Shown here: positions 13,801-24,800 of the stretch, piece by piece
Layout of the letters: every line of letters starts with the position of its first letter
Position numbering within the stretch: the stretch's first letter is position 1
Source: Mnemiopsis leidyi
Taxonomy: Eukaryota
Assembly: GCA_048537945.1 (NCBI GenBank)
Contig: CM108484.1
Span: 4,210,494-4,274,493, forward strand
DNA: 64,000 bases
Reading direction: 5' to 3'
The notes under the pieces: generated by a model
Databases searched by the model: none
What the model saw: the letters and a program-made list of their open reading frames with translations, nothing else
Told to the model about the DNA's origin: nothing
Position numbers and translations under genes: made by a program

Positions 13801-15290
13801 AACGCCTGTAAGTAAGTCTCAAGAAAGGTATTGGGACTGCGAGACGGGGATCTGTACACGTTAGTTACTATTACAGTACGATTGGTTTTTTTGAAATTTT
13901 CTATTCTTACAAATTGAAATTCACCATCAACTGAACTATTTATGTCCAAAATTAGGGGATGGATGTCATCGTGTGAACAGACCCGTTCGTGAACATAGAT
14001 TACTAAACCACCACCTTTTCCTGAAGGTCTGGCGGGGTCCTGTACTATTGGGGAGTGAAATCCGTCTAAGAGGATATCATCTATTCCGTTTGGTAATTTA
14101 CTAATTACACAGTTTGTTTCGTTAAGACATATAACGTCGAATTTTTGATAATTTTCAATGTCATCCGAAATTGTTTTGAGGTTCGAAGCTATAGAGCGAA
14201 TGTTCAGCGAGAGAACACTTACTTCATCACCCTTTGATGCCTTAATTGAACTAAGGGTTTTATAGGTACAGTTGATGAGGTTCTGTGATGCACTAGACCA
14301 AACTTCATTTTCAGCAGCTATTGTGTCGCTGGTTCCTATATTATTCATGAGGTTGAGCGGATGATAGGGGTTGAAAAAGGTGCTTGTGTTTGTGGGAAGT
14401 GAGGTACCGAAAAGTTCGCCTGTGTTGCTACAACTGTAACCAGGGATTGTTTCTTGGCAACATTGTAAGCACCCTAGGGTTTCTCTACTGCATTTCGGGT
14501 GATTGGGATTTTTGCAAAGTTGACAGTACACTACTTTCGATCTGCTATATGCGTAACTATTACAGCTATGGCAGCGTAACTTAAACGGCTTAGTGCTGTT
14601 ACGTGGTGAGACGTTTAAGAGTTTATGGTTTGACGATGTCAGTGTCTCACATGCCTCTATAGGTAAGATATCTTTAATACAAGCTTTGCAGATCCAGTCA
14701 TACCCCGAGTCAAATGATATCGCTGATGCCTCTAAACGTGATATGCCGTGACACTTTTGGTGCTTGGTTTCTCCGCAAATCCAGCATTTCAGATTTTGCC
14801 TATTTCTGGGGATACGTGTGGTACAATACTCGCATTCATTAGTACTTTTCCGTTGTTGCATTTGATGTTGAGGTTTAAGAGTTTAAGTGTGGTGAGATGT
14901 GAGAATCTGACAATACTGTTACTGTACTGGGAGATATTAAAGAAATAGATGTAAGCGTAGATTTAAAAATAATCGTAACCTGACTGACACTTGGCTCGAG
15001 CACTGATTTCAGTACTGTGTGGTTTAGATGTCAGTCTATATATAATAACCTATACACCTGCTATCCTTCAGTACCTGTACCTAGCTCCTATTTTTGCTTA
15101 TTCAAATTGGATAATAGAAAATCTCTATAGCAGAGAAAGTTTGCAGTAAAAAGATCTGTTACTATGTAAAGGGGTTCGTCTGCCTGTGTGTCATGGAAAA
15201 GAGACATGTTTGGGGGAGGGGGAGGGGGTATTTTTTGGTCGAAATTAGCTAAAGAGGTCTCTTTCACAACAATACAAAGATAAAAATGTT
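10860..15290 (-). mobile_element. Full-length non-LTR retrotransposon (LINE; CR1/L2-like clade suggested by microsatellite 3' tail, clade unresolved)
   Basis: Single intact 1241-aa ORF with Cys-rich N-terminus, APE endonuclease and RT domains. There is a (TCAA)n 3' tail, a ~400-bp 3'UTR and a ~400-670-bp 5'UTR. Exact ends are not determinable without copies. Confidence 0.75.
11136..14861 (-). CDS. LINE ORF2-type polyprotein: N-terminal Cys-rich/PHD-like zinc fingers, APE-type endonuclease, reverse transcriptase
   Basis: 1241 aa without stops. Zinc-finger-like CWICGETKHQKCHG...CKAC. EEP endonuclease motifs (LSLNIRS, ICLNETN). RT motifs FSKAFD and YADD (ILYADDANI). The C-terminal domain is conserved with the fragments at 16430-17771. 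Confidence 0.9.
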   Translation of the reverse strand: MQQRKSTNECEYCTTRIPRNRQNLKCWICGETKHQKCHGISRLEASAISFDSGYDWICKACIKDILPIEACETLTSSNHKLLNVSPRNSTKPFKLRCHSCNSYAYSRSKVVYCQLCKNPNHPKCSRETLGCLQCCQETIPGYSCSNTGELFGTSLPTNTSTFFNPYHPLNLMNNIGTSDTIAAENEVWSSASQNLINCTYKTLSSIKASKGDEVSVLSLNIRSIASNLKTISDDIENYQKFDVICLNETNCVISKLPNGIDDILLDGFHSPIVQDPARPSGKGGGLVIYVHERVCSHDDIHPLILDINSSVDGEFQFVRIENFKKTNRTVIVTNVYRSPSRSPNTFLETYLQALRKLNRHKNKLLVLTGDHNIDLIKYDHDSHGQELVEITASHGFLQVISRPTRVTDHSATLIDHIYINSTNSVVSSNVITLDITDHLGTNVIISLNKNFDRTVRPANRMADSNTCNYRVFNSANDENFKNLIQGETWEMGDNLDAEEKYDKFCDIYTKHYESAYPSKNNSARRRHERAQPKPWILPWLEDAIHRKQLLYHDFIKHNTTANKVKYDKMKKFTEKHVNLSKRRYYAKIFEEHKDNSKKQWGLINELLNRGKKTSDIKKVVGENGESVTDNIGIAEQFNSYFSNIASNLKSGIRGDASNNYGSFMDRSNANTIYLSPAGPDEIATIIRKLKNKSTLDTKVSAIKIASNCSEKFNITLSNIVSASLAEGIFPSKLKCARVVPIHKGGSKTDVTCYRPISLLSSFSKIYEKVMHCRIVKFMEENDTLYKNQFGFRAGRSCEHALLAANSKLLDTISKNQVALLLMIDFSKAFDLVEHTILLEKLYHYGIRGPAHDWLRSYLSRRSQFVSVNGTDSNATEIRYGVPQGSILGPLLFVIYTNDLPNIDKAAKFILYADDANIIVTGNDMCEIKGKVEGLATQILSWVNANGLLLNLKKTNYMVFSKKNVNKEINLAIKGSPIKHVSEAKFLGVIIDEGLTWSAHIVALRAKISRYTGIMFRIKHLLPLKARMLIFNSFVQSHINYCSLVWGFSAKSNIDSLFTKQKNGIRAIMPGHVRYFFNPEDKTVPSSTKAAYCNLGLLTIHNMIAKNAAIFMFKLYNFKSLLPDSIAELFPRNIPLPSDMNHEKDSAWLNTYGTTVYRNSLFYKGPLLLNSVFKLDSIPPSSYHSINIFKKHATDVLLSAQSAGSLDSWEAGNNALQNIKGLRCSSRNRENHINYKEPDFDD

Positions 15291-15534
15291 CTTACTCGAA
15301 AGAAAAATCTTTTGCAAGGGTCCCCCCTTGTGTTCAAAATCGAGAATTTTTAAGAAAAACTCATTAGTCACAAAGATTGGTATGACACACTTTCTTAGAC
15401 TATTTTTAAGCATAGAATTAAAGTATGACCATGAAAATTGTTCAAAATTTTTAGAAAAGGCAAAACAAAGAAAAATATACATAAATCACACAAAGTGTTG
15501 TTATGGTAAACTTAAAAAAGTGTTCGATTTACAG

Positions 15535-16170
15535 CCCAAAACCAATACACCCGGTTCGGATAAAGTATGTTTGTAAAAAGTGACCTTATATCTGGCATTT
15601 AGACAACTCAAGGGTGGCTCTAACAATTTTTTGTCTTCAAGTTGAAATTTGGCAGAAAAATGGCTACTTTTATTTCAAGTGTCCATAAATCTTTCCCCTT
15701 TCCTTGGAAACAGACTTTTCATAGCATCAAAATTTTTCTATCGCTGTCTTCTACCTGTGTGCAAAGTTTCAAAGTGCTTGACACTTCACAGTAGCATGTG
15801 CAAATTTTCAAAGTTAGTTAACATAAAAAAGACATTTTTGGGACTTGGCAACTTTGGACGGGTGCCATTGAGTCAACTTTTATCAGTTTTTCGTGAAATT
15901 TTTACAGCTGTTTTACCAAGGTATGAATAAAATCCGTGCAAATTTTCAGCATGATTCAACAAGAAACGGCTGAGTTTTATTCATGCAATGTAATTTTCCA
16001 AAAATTTCCAAATTCTCGGAAAAATTTTCTTTTTGCGATTTTAAAAAATGCGTCATCTTAGAATCAAAAAATAAGTGGTGCAATTGGTGCCCGTTAGGGT
16101 GCTTTAGGTTCCTGTACAGTCAGTTTGTCTAGCTTCCACAAACCCCTGTTTGCTACAATTCCCCCTTAAA
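15535..16170. repeat. Right arm of inverted repeat flanking the LINE
   Basis: Reverse complement of 10090-10730. Confidence 0.85.
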
Positions 16171-16429
16171 GTCACTTAACACTGTCGTAGGAATGTCGGA
16201 ACCAGGAACACCCAGTTCGAAAGCAGAGAGCAAGCAACAGTGAACGATGCAAAAATTGAAGCCTTTGTAAATATAATACTATACGTTATGATCAAGTGTG
16301 CCAAGCTAGGTGTGCCACTTGCTCTATTACAGGGCGGATACAGGATAAAGCAACGCGCACAACAACGCGCAGCATTTAAACGATAAAAAGATGAACTTTA
16401 TTTACACCAATGTCGTATGGAGATTGCGC

Positions 16430-17008
16430 TCAGAACTGCTTGTTTTTGTCAAAGAATTCATTAAAATTCGATTCGCACCAATCGGGTCCATACATGCTTT
16501 GAGCCATCAGTAATGAGAATTTGAGTACACCTTTCATTGCACTGTAGGAGGAACTGAAATCTAATTGCCCAACCTTACGAAATTCATTCCACAGCCTAGA
16601 CGATTTGTACAGAAACTGATTAGATGGGGAAGGTGTAATAAGCAAGTTGTCCTTCCTGTTTGAAACATTAAATAAATAATACAAAGAGACTGGTTTCCGT
16701 GACTTGATAATTTTGAACAATTCCATTAAACAACGGTACCTATATAGATTTTCAACAGCTAGGATATCGTGCTTGGCGAATAGAGGTTTGGTAGATTCTT
16801 GTGTATAAAATTCAGTACCTAAACGTTGAGACTTAATTGGTCTCGCTCTAGCACATGTTCTGTACTTGTCAGTGAAGCTTTCACAGTCGCCAAAGAGGAT
16901 TCTTACACATTTTTTCTGAGTGATAAAGAGTGATTTAAGCTGGTTGCTAGAGATTCCGCCCCAAACAGATATAGAAAAACCTAAGTGAGATTCAAAAAGG
17001 GACGACAA
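16430..17008 (-). mobile_element. 5'-truncated LINE fragment (RT C-terminal domain only)
   Basis: The 192-aa ORF aligns to the C-terminal region of the 1241-aa LINE ORF (LFESHLGFSISVWGG... vs LIFNSFVQSHINYCSLVWGF...). Confidence 0.6.
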
Positions 17009-17435
17009 GAGTTGCTCAAGAGTTGCTCAAGAGTTGCTCAATTCAAGGATTCTATATATAAATATGAATAAAACATCTAAGTAACAGATAGTTGATTAAA
17101 AACATCTCTGTCCACTAATTTTTCTCAAAACAAAATTCGCAGAATTAGCAAACTTCTCCGATGAGCTCTATCCTAAGCAATTAAGTTGAATATTTAAATC
17201 ATTCAAATCATCCAACGAAAATTTTCGAACACTGAGGTTTTTGCAATATCAGTGAGTAAAGGTTTGACGCAGGTTTGACCGCGGTCGTCAACGTCGCCTT
17301 TGCAACTGCAAGGTATTGATAACTAAGATAAGCGACGAATAGGCTGGACCATCTGTAGGCCCACGCAGTACATGACCTAGCATTCTTCACCGACTATGAG
17401 CCACTCGCACTGACAATGGCTCCACATTTCAGCGT

Positions 17436-17771
17436 TTACACAAGTTTTTGTTGGAAATGTGGTGACTGGTGGGGATACTTGTAATTCAACATTGATCGTA
17501 GATATCGTCTATGATCAATGTCCAGCTTTTCCAACACTGGAGCAGCCCAGCAACTAGAATTGTACATTAGGACAGAAACTACCAGAGCATCATACAACAG
17601 TAGCCGCTTGTTCAGAGGGATGCTATGATTCCAAGCTTCCTTGTACTTGTTTAACGCAGCATATCCCAGACTGATCCTTCTAGAGATGTCCTTCATACTA
17701 CAAAGCATGGAGCCAAGCGTAATACTCTTTCTCCAAAGCTCGTTACCTGCAATCGGTTCTAATCTTTCCAT
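17436..17771 (-). mobile_element. Second truncated LINE RT-C-terminal fragment (different copy or family)
   Basis: KRLLLYDALVVSVLMYNSSCWAAP parallels the same ORF2 region as the fragment above. Confidence 0.5.
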
Positions 17772-18757
17772 TTGTATTGGATTTTCGAAGAATCCTTATT
17801 GTTTTGGCTGTACAGATGAAGGTCTCAATAGGCGAGAAGAGGAGAGTGTGTGAACTGGAAGTGAGATAAACCCTTTCTTAGCTTTTTATTACTGCAATGT
17901 TTGGTGCCATATATTTAAATCAGTCGCAAAACACAAACTTGCCTCCGGCCAGAAAAGATACGTAGTGTCCAGATTCCTTGTAATTTCAAGTTGAAAATTT
18001 TCATTTTTTGGCTATAGGTGTGATGGTTTTTCGGATTTGAAACCATCAAATTAGGATTCCTTGTCAAATTTTACATCAAAATACTGGTCTTACTTTTTTC
18101 CTTGCTCCAAGTTGAAAATTTACATGTTGGGGCCTTATAAGGAGTCACTTAAGGGGTCATGTGATCATTTTTAGGATTCGAAACTATCAAATTCGGGTTC
18201 CTCATAAAATGTTACGTCAATATATGGGGGGTCGGGTTGGGACTTGGGTCAGGTCATACTCCACATTTCATGTTGTCATACTAGGGAAAAAATCGATTGA
18301 GAATAGTCTCAAGGTTCTAGAATTTTGGGTTAAGTGTCTTTTCCGGGGTGGTTGCCACCACCCTAATTACTCATCAGTGCAATCCTAAAAGTTACAAGAA
18401 TAAGTTGCATAGCCTCCAACGGGAAATATGTTTGATGCCCTATCTGTGATATGTTTTGTCACACCTAGAGTAGTTAAGTTTATCACAGCAAATATGATTG
18501 TAAAATGAATATGAATGCATTGAATTATTTTTGAACACGGGAAGATACTTAATGAGAGGGGTCTTTTTTACATAATTTTGTTCAGTTTAGATTTTAATGA
18601 TATTGATACGGTGATATACTTTTTCTACTGAGTCTGGGGCATTTTAGCATAATTGGTTACTGTATGATATGATTTGATTGAAATTGTTTATTGAGTTGAA
18701 TTGGTTTTGATATGATTATCAATATTCTATAAATTTGGCTATAGTGGGTGCCCCATC

Positions 18758-18892
18758 AAAAGAATGTATTTCTTACTGGATGCACCCTTCATCACATGAG
18801 CAGCTTCTTTATATTGATAAATTATTTAGTCTTGAAATTATATTGTGATGCAAAATATTATAATTTCAAATTACAAATCTTGCTAAAAAGTT
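18758..18892. repeat. ~130-bp repeat copy A, 60 bp upstream of the PICH start codon
   Basis: ~93% identical to 25583-25705 (aaaagaatgtatttcttactggatgcaccc...ttgtgatgcaaaat...). Confidence 0.8.
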
Positions 18893-18952
18893 ACAAGGCA
18901 TTTCTCTTGCCTCTGTCATTCTTAATAATCGATCTCCCCTTAGTGTCATGTA

Positions 18953-21831
18953 ATGGCTGCAGTATTAGATGACAACATTTTTGAAAACATTTTCTCAGAA
19001 GCTAAGAAATGTGAAGAGGATGGATATCTAGAGGAAGCACTATCATTGTATAAGAATGCTCACCAGCTTCATCAATCTGACAGTTCTAAATTTGCTATTG
19101 ACCGACTCACTGATTTGTTAAATTCTAAATTGGTCAATAGTTTCCATGATAATTTGAATCTCCAAGCTTCTCCTCATTTCCAATCGACTCCCTACAACAC
19201 CCAAGGAGATAACTTAGCCATGAATGGACCATCAACTTACAATATGTCCACTACAACTCCATTAAAATCGGCCTTAGATCACATCAAAAGCCTTGATATA
19301 AGTGCCATTAATCAGTCCAGTAACATGACTATAGCAGTGCAGGAGGGTGAGAAATCATTTGATGCTGGAAAGTACAACAAGCTTATTGTTGAGGCTCGGT
19401 CTCTTTATAAAAGTGGAAATGAACTTCAAAAGGCTTTAGAAAAATATGAAGAGGCGTATTCCTTGCATGAAGATGCAAAATTGCTAAAAAGGATTGTTAA
19501 AATTCAGCAGGAACTCAAATTAAAGCAGGTTGAAACATATGTAGACACAAATGCCCTTAAAAACAAATCTGATAAAGAAGATCAGATTGATCAGTATAAC
19601 AACTTTGTCATTAATGCCAAAGCTTGTATGGAATCAGGAAGCCCAGATGAAGCCCTTCAGCTTTATCAAGAAGCCTACAAAATTGATCCATCTGAAAGAC
19701 TTAAAAAGAAAATCGACAAGTTACTCGAAACATTAGCCCAGTCAGCAGGGGATGAAAGTATAGATGTTGAACATTACAACAAACTAATCATGGATGCAAA
19801 AGTGAAGCTTAAGGAAGAGGACTACCAAGGAGCATTATTGTTGTATGAGAATGCTCATGAGTTAAATCCGAATGAGAAGTTGCAAAAGAGAATTGATAAG
19901 ATTAAGGACTTCATTGAAAATGATGTTGAGGATGATAATGAAGAAAATCAGGATGAACAAACAACTCCAACGAATAATCTTAGTCCTTCTAATGACAAAA
20001 ATTGGAACAAATCCATGATGCAATCAGAAGTTGATGAACAGTGTAAAGGCCTCATTGAGGATGCTAAAAGATGGGAGAAAACTAATAAGATAAGTGAAGC
20101 ACTTGATGCTTATAGAGAAGCCCAGAGTTTAAAACCCTGTCCTTACTTTGTTCAGAAGATTACTGATCTTGAAAAAAAACTTGACATTAATGAAAATGAT
20201 GGTGATGATGGTGAATCTGAATTAAATGTTGAGCATTATAATCAGCTTATTATCAAGGGAAGAGAGCATCTTAATGATGATAATATGGATAAAGCTCTAA
20301 AACTGTATGAAGAAGCCTATGAGATCAATCCTTCAGAAAAGCTTTCCAAAAGAATATCTAAAATAAAGAACAAGTTGTCTGAACTTAATAATGGTGAAGA
20401 AGCTGGTGTGGATGAGGAAGTTAAAGAATTTTATGACGCTACCATTGCCGATGCCAAGATAAAAGAAGACAAGCTTTTGTATGACGAGGCAATTGCATTG
20501 TATGAAGAAGCAAATGAGCTCATTCCCAGCGATAGCTTGTCTAGAAAAATTGCTAATCTTGAATTCAAAAGGGACTCTGACAAAGACGCTGAATCTCAGA
20601 AACCTAGTTCAGTGCAAAGTCTCGATGATCTGTCTGCATTTGAGAAAGCAAAGTACAACGAATTAATTGTCAAGGGGAAATATGCGCAGAAAGAATCTAA
20701 GATCGAAAAAGCATTGGGTTATTATAAAAAAGCTGCTCAGATTTACAAAAATGAAAAGCTTGGTACTCGAATTCAAAAGTTGGAAAAGTTTCTTGAGGAG
20801 GAAGCAGAGAATGAAAATCTTTACACAGATATTGGTGATGGCCTCTTTCTAACTAACGATGTCCATGACAAATTGTATCAGTATCAAAGAGAGGGTGTGA
20901 AGTGGATGTGGGAGCTGTATCGAGCTGAACATGGAGGAATTCTTGGAGATGATATGGGCCTGGGCAAAACGATCCAAACAATTGTTTACTTGCAAGCTTT
21001 ATTCCTCATGGAAGAGATATCTACAGCAATGCTGTGCATGCCACTCTCACTTATCAACAACTGGCAAGAGGAATTCAAGAAATGGGCTCCTGAAATTAGA
21101 GTGGAACTTTTCCATGGATCCAAGGCTGAGCGGGAAAGGAATGTTAAGAAGGTTATTAAGCGAGGAGGTGTCATACTGACAACATATGGGATTATCGAGA
21201 AAAATGTTGAGTTCCTGGTGAATACTTCATTTAAGTGGGATTATCTCGTATTGGATGAGGGACACAAAATCAAAAATCCAACAAAGACCAGTAAAGCTAT
21301 GAGGAATGTCCCCTGTAATCATCGTCTTCTTATTTCTGGAACTCCTATCCAGAATAACCTAAAAGAACTTTGGGCATTATTTGATTTTGTCTCGCGAGGT
21401 AAGCTATTGGGAACCATGACAACCTTCAAGATGAATTACATAACACCCATCGAAAGAGGTCGTGAAAAAGATGCTTCAAAGGCAGAGGCTAAGCTTGGTG
21501 CAAAACTTGCAGAGAATCTCAGAAAATTGATAGATCCCTTCTTTTTGCGTCGAACAAAAGCAGAAATCAAGTCCAAAAACACTGACAGTGCTTCTGCTTT
21601 TAGCAAACTAGGGAAGAAGAATGAGCTGTGTGTATGGCTACAGCTTTCTGATGTACAACTCAACCTGTACAAAGCTTTTCTTACCCTTGACTCTGTCCGC
21701 GATGCCATGAATTCTTCAAAATCTCCTCTCGCTGCCCTAACTGTTCTCAAGAAAATTTGTGATCATCCACGCCTGGCTATCAAGTTTGAAGCTCTAAGAG
21801 AAGTCATGGATGCCGACAATATGAGCATGAA
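18953..21831 (+). CDS. ERCC6L: PICH exon 1: 8 tandem TPR-like repeats plus SNF2 N-terminal ATPase lobe
   Basis: ATG at 18953 and donor AA|gtgagt at 21832. About 640 aa of ~45-aa repeats (YN.LI..A......Y..AL.LYEEA.EL.P.EKL.KRI.KI), then [16 protein letters not shown]... Confidence 0.85.
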
Positions 21832-24800
21832 GTGAGTTGTTTCCCTATTTGTCTAATTTGAGTTTCAGAATAATTACATATTAGGGAAAGGGTAGTTTGG
21901 TTAATGTGTTTTGCCCATTGCGCTATAATTTATGCCATAAATCTAAACGGTGCTCCTATTTGTATTTCCATTGTTCTTTGTTTATTCATCACCACATCTC
22001 CCTAAAAACTTTCTTTAACACTTGTCATGCTTTCAGACCTGACGATCACCAAAAACTACTGTCAACAGTGGAGCTCCCTAAAGATCCAGCAGATGAAATT
22101 TTGTTGAGGGAAAGTTGCAAATTGAAGTTTGCCCTAGAGCTGTTGGATCATCTCCATGCTGATGGTCATAGAACACTTTTATTCTCAACCTCCCTTAAGA
22201 TTCTCAATTACATCCAATCAATGATAGCTGACAAGGTATGTCAAAAATTGAGCCTTAGTACGTTAAATTTTGACATTATAATGAAATGTCCAATGATTCT
22301 GAACAGCCGTTTTTGAATGGCCTTCTAAATTTAGTTAACCAAGCGGCACAGTACGTGCAGTATTTATTTAACAGTTTAAGGGCTTTTGACTCGCTTTTGA
22401 GCGATCATTATCTCAAAATATTCGTTGATTATACCCAACCCCCCCCCTTCCCCCTCTTTGGGCATCTTCCTCCACCCCAGCTGCCTATCTATATTTTGCA
22501 CCTAAACTGGCATAACCTTACGGCTTACATAGATCTAATAACAGGGGTTGAAATGTTTGAGGATAGACGGTTCTATAAACAGGCCAGGAGAAAGACAGGA
22601 GATTATTGATAAGTTTAACACTGACATGAGGTACAGTGTACTACTTCTTACCACGCAAGTTGGTGGTGTCGGGCTAAATCTTACATCTGCAAACAGAGTC
22701 ATCATCTGTAAGTTTTCAATACTGTAAGATATAGATACTGTTTTTACATATGATACCAACTCTCGGTTGTCATTGTGTTTGAGCAAATTAAAAGGAGGAC
22801 CAGCTATGAAATTATTTTTAAAATTTCAGATGATCCGAACTGGAACCCAGCAACAGATGCTCAAGCAGTGGACAGATCCTACAGGATAGGACAAACAAAG
22901 CCCGTAATTGTATATCGGTTGTTAACTAGTGGGACTATAGAGGAGAAGATATACAGGAAGCAGGTGTTCAAAGATAGCATCACCAGACAGGCTACTGGAG
23001 AGTCGTTCGATCCTATCAGGTGTGGAAATAATTACTTGTCTTTGTGATAGAGGAAGTACTCAATAAGGTTTCTCACTTTACCATGATCATCTTATTAACT
23101 CTACAAATGACAAGCCACAGTGTTGGCTGAGTAACTGATATATCTCACCCTTCTTCAAATATGTACAAGTACAGAAATACAAATACACTAATACAACTAC
23201 ACAAATACACTTTCTGTTCAGGTACTTCACAAACCAGGAGATATCCCAACTGTTCGAGTTAGGAAGTACTTCTACCAGTGAAACATGCGATCAGCTAGAA
23301 CAACTGCACGGTGCAGACAGAAACCATTCAGAGCAAGTACGGACCGACTTGGCTGCAATCTCTGGAATGGGTTAGTTTATTTCAATTCGGATATCAGATA
23401 TTTGATTATTTGGGTGTGCTTTTTTTCTCGGTGCCATATTGGTACAACATTTTTGAATTAAAATGTGCACCACATTGGTTGTCTTATTGTTTTACCTATA
23501 ACCTACTGTTACAGGCGCTATTGGATGTAGCGATCACGATCTTCTGTTTTCTCATGAAGAGGTTGTGGATAACACCCCTGAAGAGCGCCAGTTTGTTGAA
23601 GAAAGGGTAAGTTTTCTGCAAATCATTACTGGGAACGTACCTGTTGCATGTTATGCCAGACCTTTTTCGTTACACTGTAGAAAATAAACCAAATTTTCAC
23701 TGCCAAGCTATACCAGTGTGTAAACGCAGGTCCTTTCTTTACATGCTTAGATGTTTTATGTAACGCGCGAACGCCAAACAAAAAACCCATGAACGTGCCT
23801 TCGCACGCGCGAAATTTAAAATTGATATATTGATTGAGGCGCGCCCGGCATAATATATTGCAATGCAGCACATGACATGACATGTGATCAAAATTAAATT
23901 CGATCATAGGATCTAAGCCAAAATGTGATTTAAATCAAAATGTTGATATAAATATATAATCTAGTCTATCAATTTCATGTTTCTATCAGTTTATTTATTT
24001 GACATGATTCTTCTAATTCTGTCCAATATTATAAATTTGTGAACATTTTCAGGTCCAACAAGCTAAGAGAAACCTAGCTGCGGAAACAGCTGCAGGTCCA
24101 TCCCCCTTCCCTAATTACACAGTGCCGCCCCGCAATAACCCTGCTGCTACTGCAGTACCACTCAGTGGGGGCATGAGAGCGCCTTGGGAACCAACCAGGG
24201 GACACAGTCTGTGGAACAACAAGGAAAATGAGGTTGAAACTGTCCGCAAAGATGTAGAGAGGGTTGAGATAAGAGAGTCTCCTTACTTTCAATCTCCAAT
24301 GAAGGGCAAGTTAACTGAGGTTATTACAATAGAGGACGACATGGACGAGGAAAAAGAGGAAGAAGCAGAACAAAGAAAGAAGTTGTCGTTGTCAGACTAC
24401 AAGAAGAGACAGATGAAGATATTCGACTATGTGGACAGTCCAACTCGACAGCCTAGAGAGACTACTTCATCCAGCCCCGTCTTCGTCAGCCCTGTTCGAC
24501 CTAGGAACGTTGTTAAGAAAAACGTTGTCACACCCAGGAAATCACTCAGTAACCCAGTCGGACAAATAATAGCTAATCACATCCTTAACACTCCCAAGAA
24601 GAACGACCCTGACAGCGATGACGAGGTTCAGGACGATCTAGAAAGTTCTAGATACGACAATCTGAACAAACCGCCCTGTCTGGACGAGTCTGAGGACGAG
24701 GAGGATTACTATGAGGCGCGGGAAGAATCTGAAGAGACGGGAGAGAGATCAGCTGAAGAGGATGCGGACAATGGGGACCAAAGTGAGGAAGAGGAGGATG

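Noticed and set aside
10336-15930. Mirror-image 93-aa ORFs (MADKFLLLFQVSINL... / MAEKWLLLFQVSINL...)
   Set aside because: The same sequence is present in both inverted-repeat arms. No start or splice context or domain. Most likely non-coding IR sequence.
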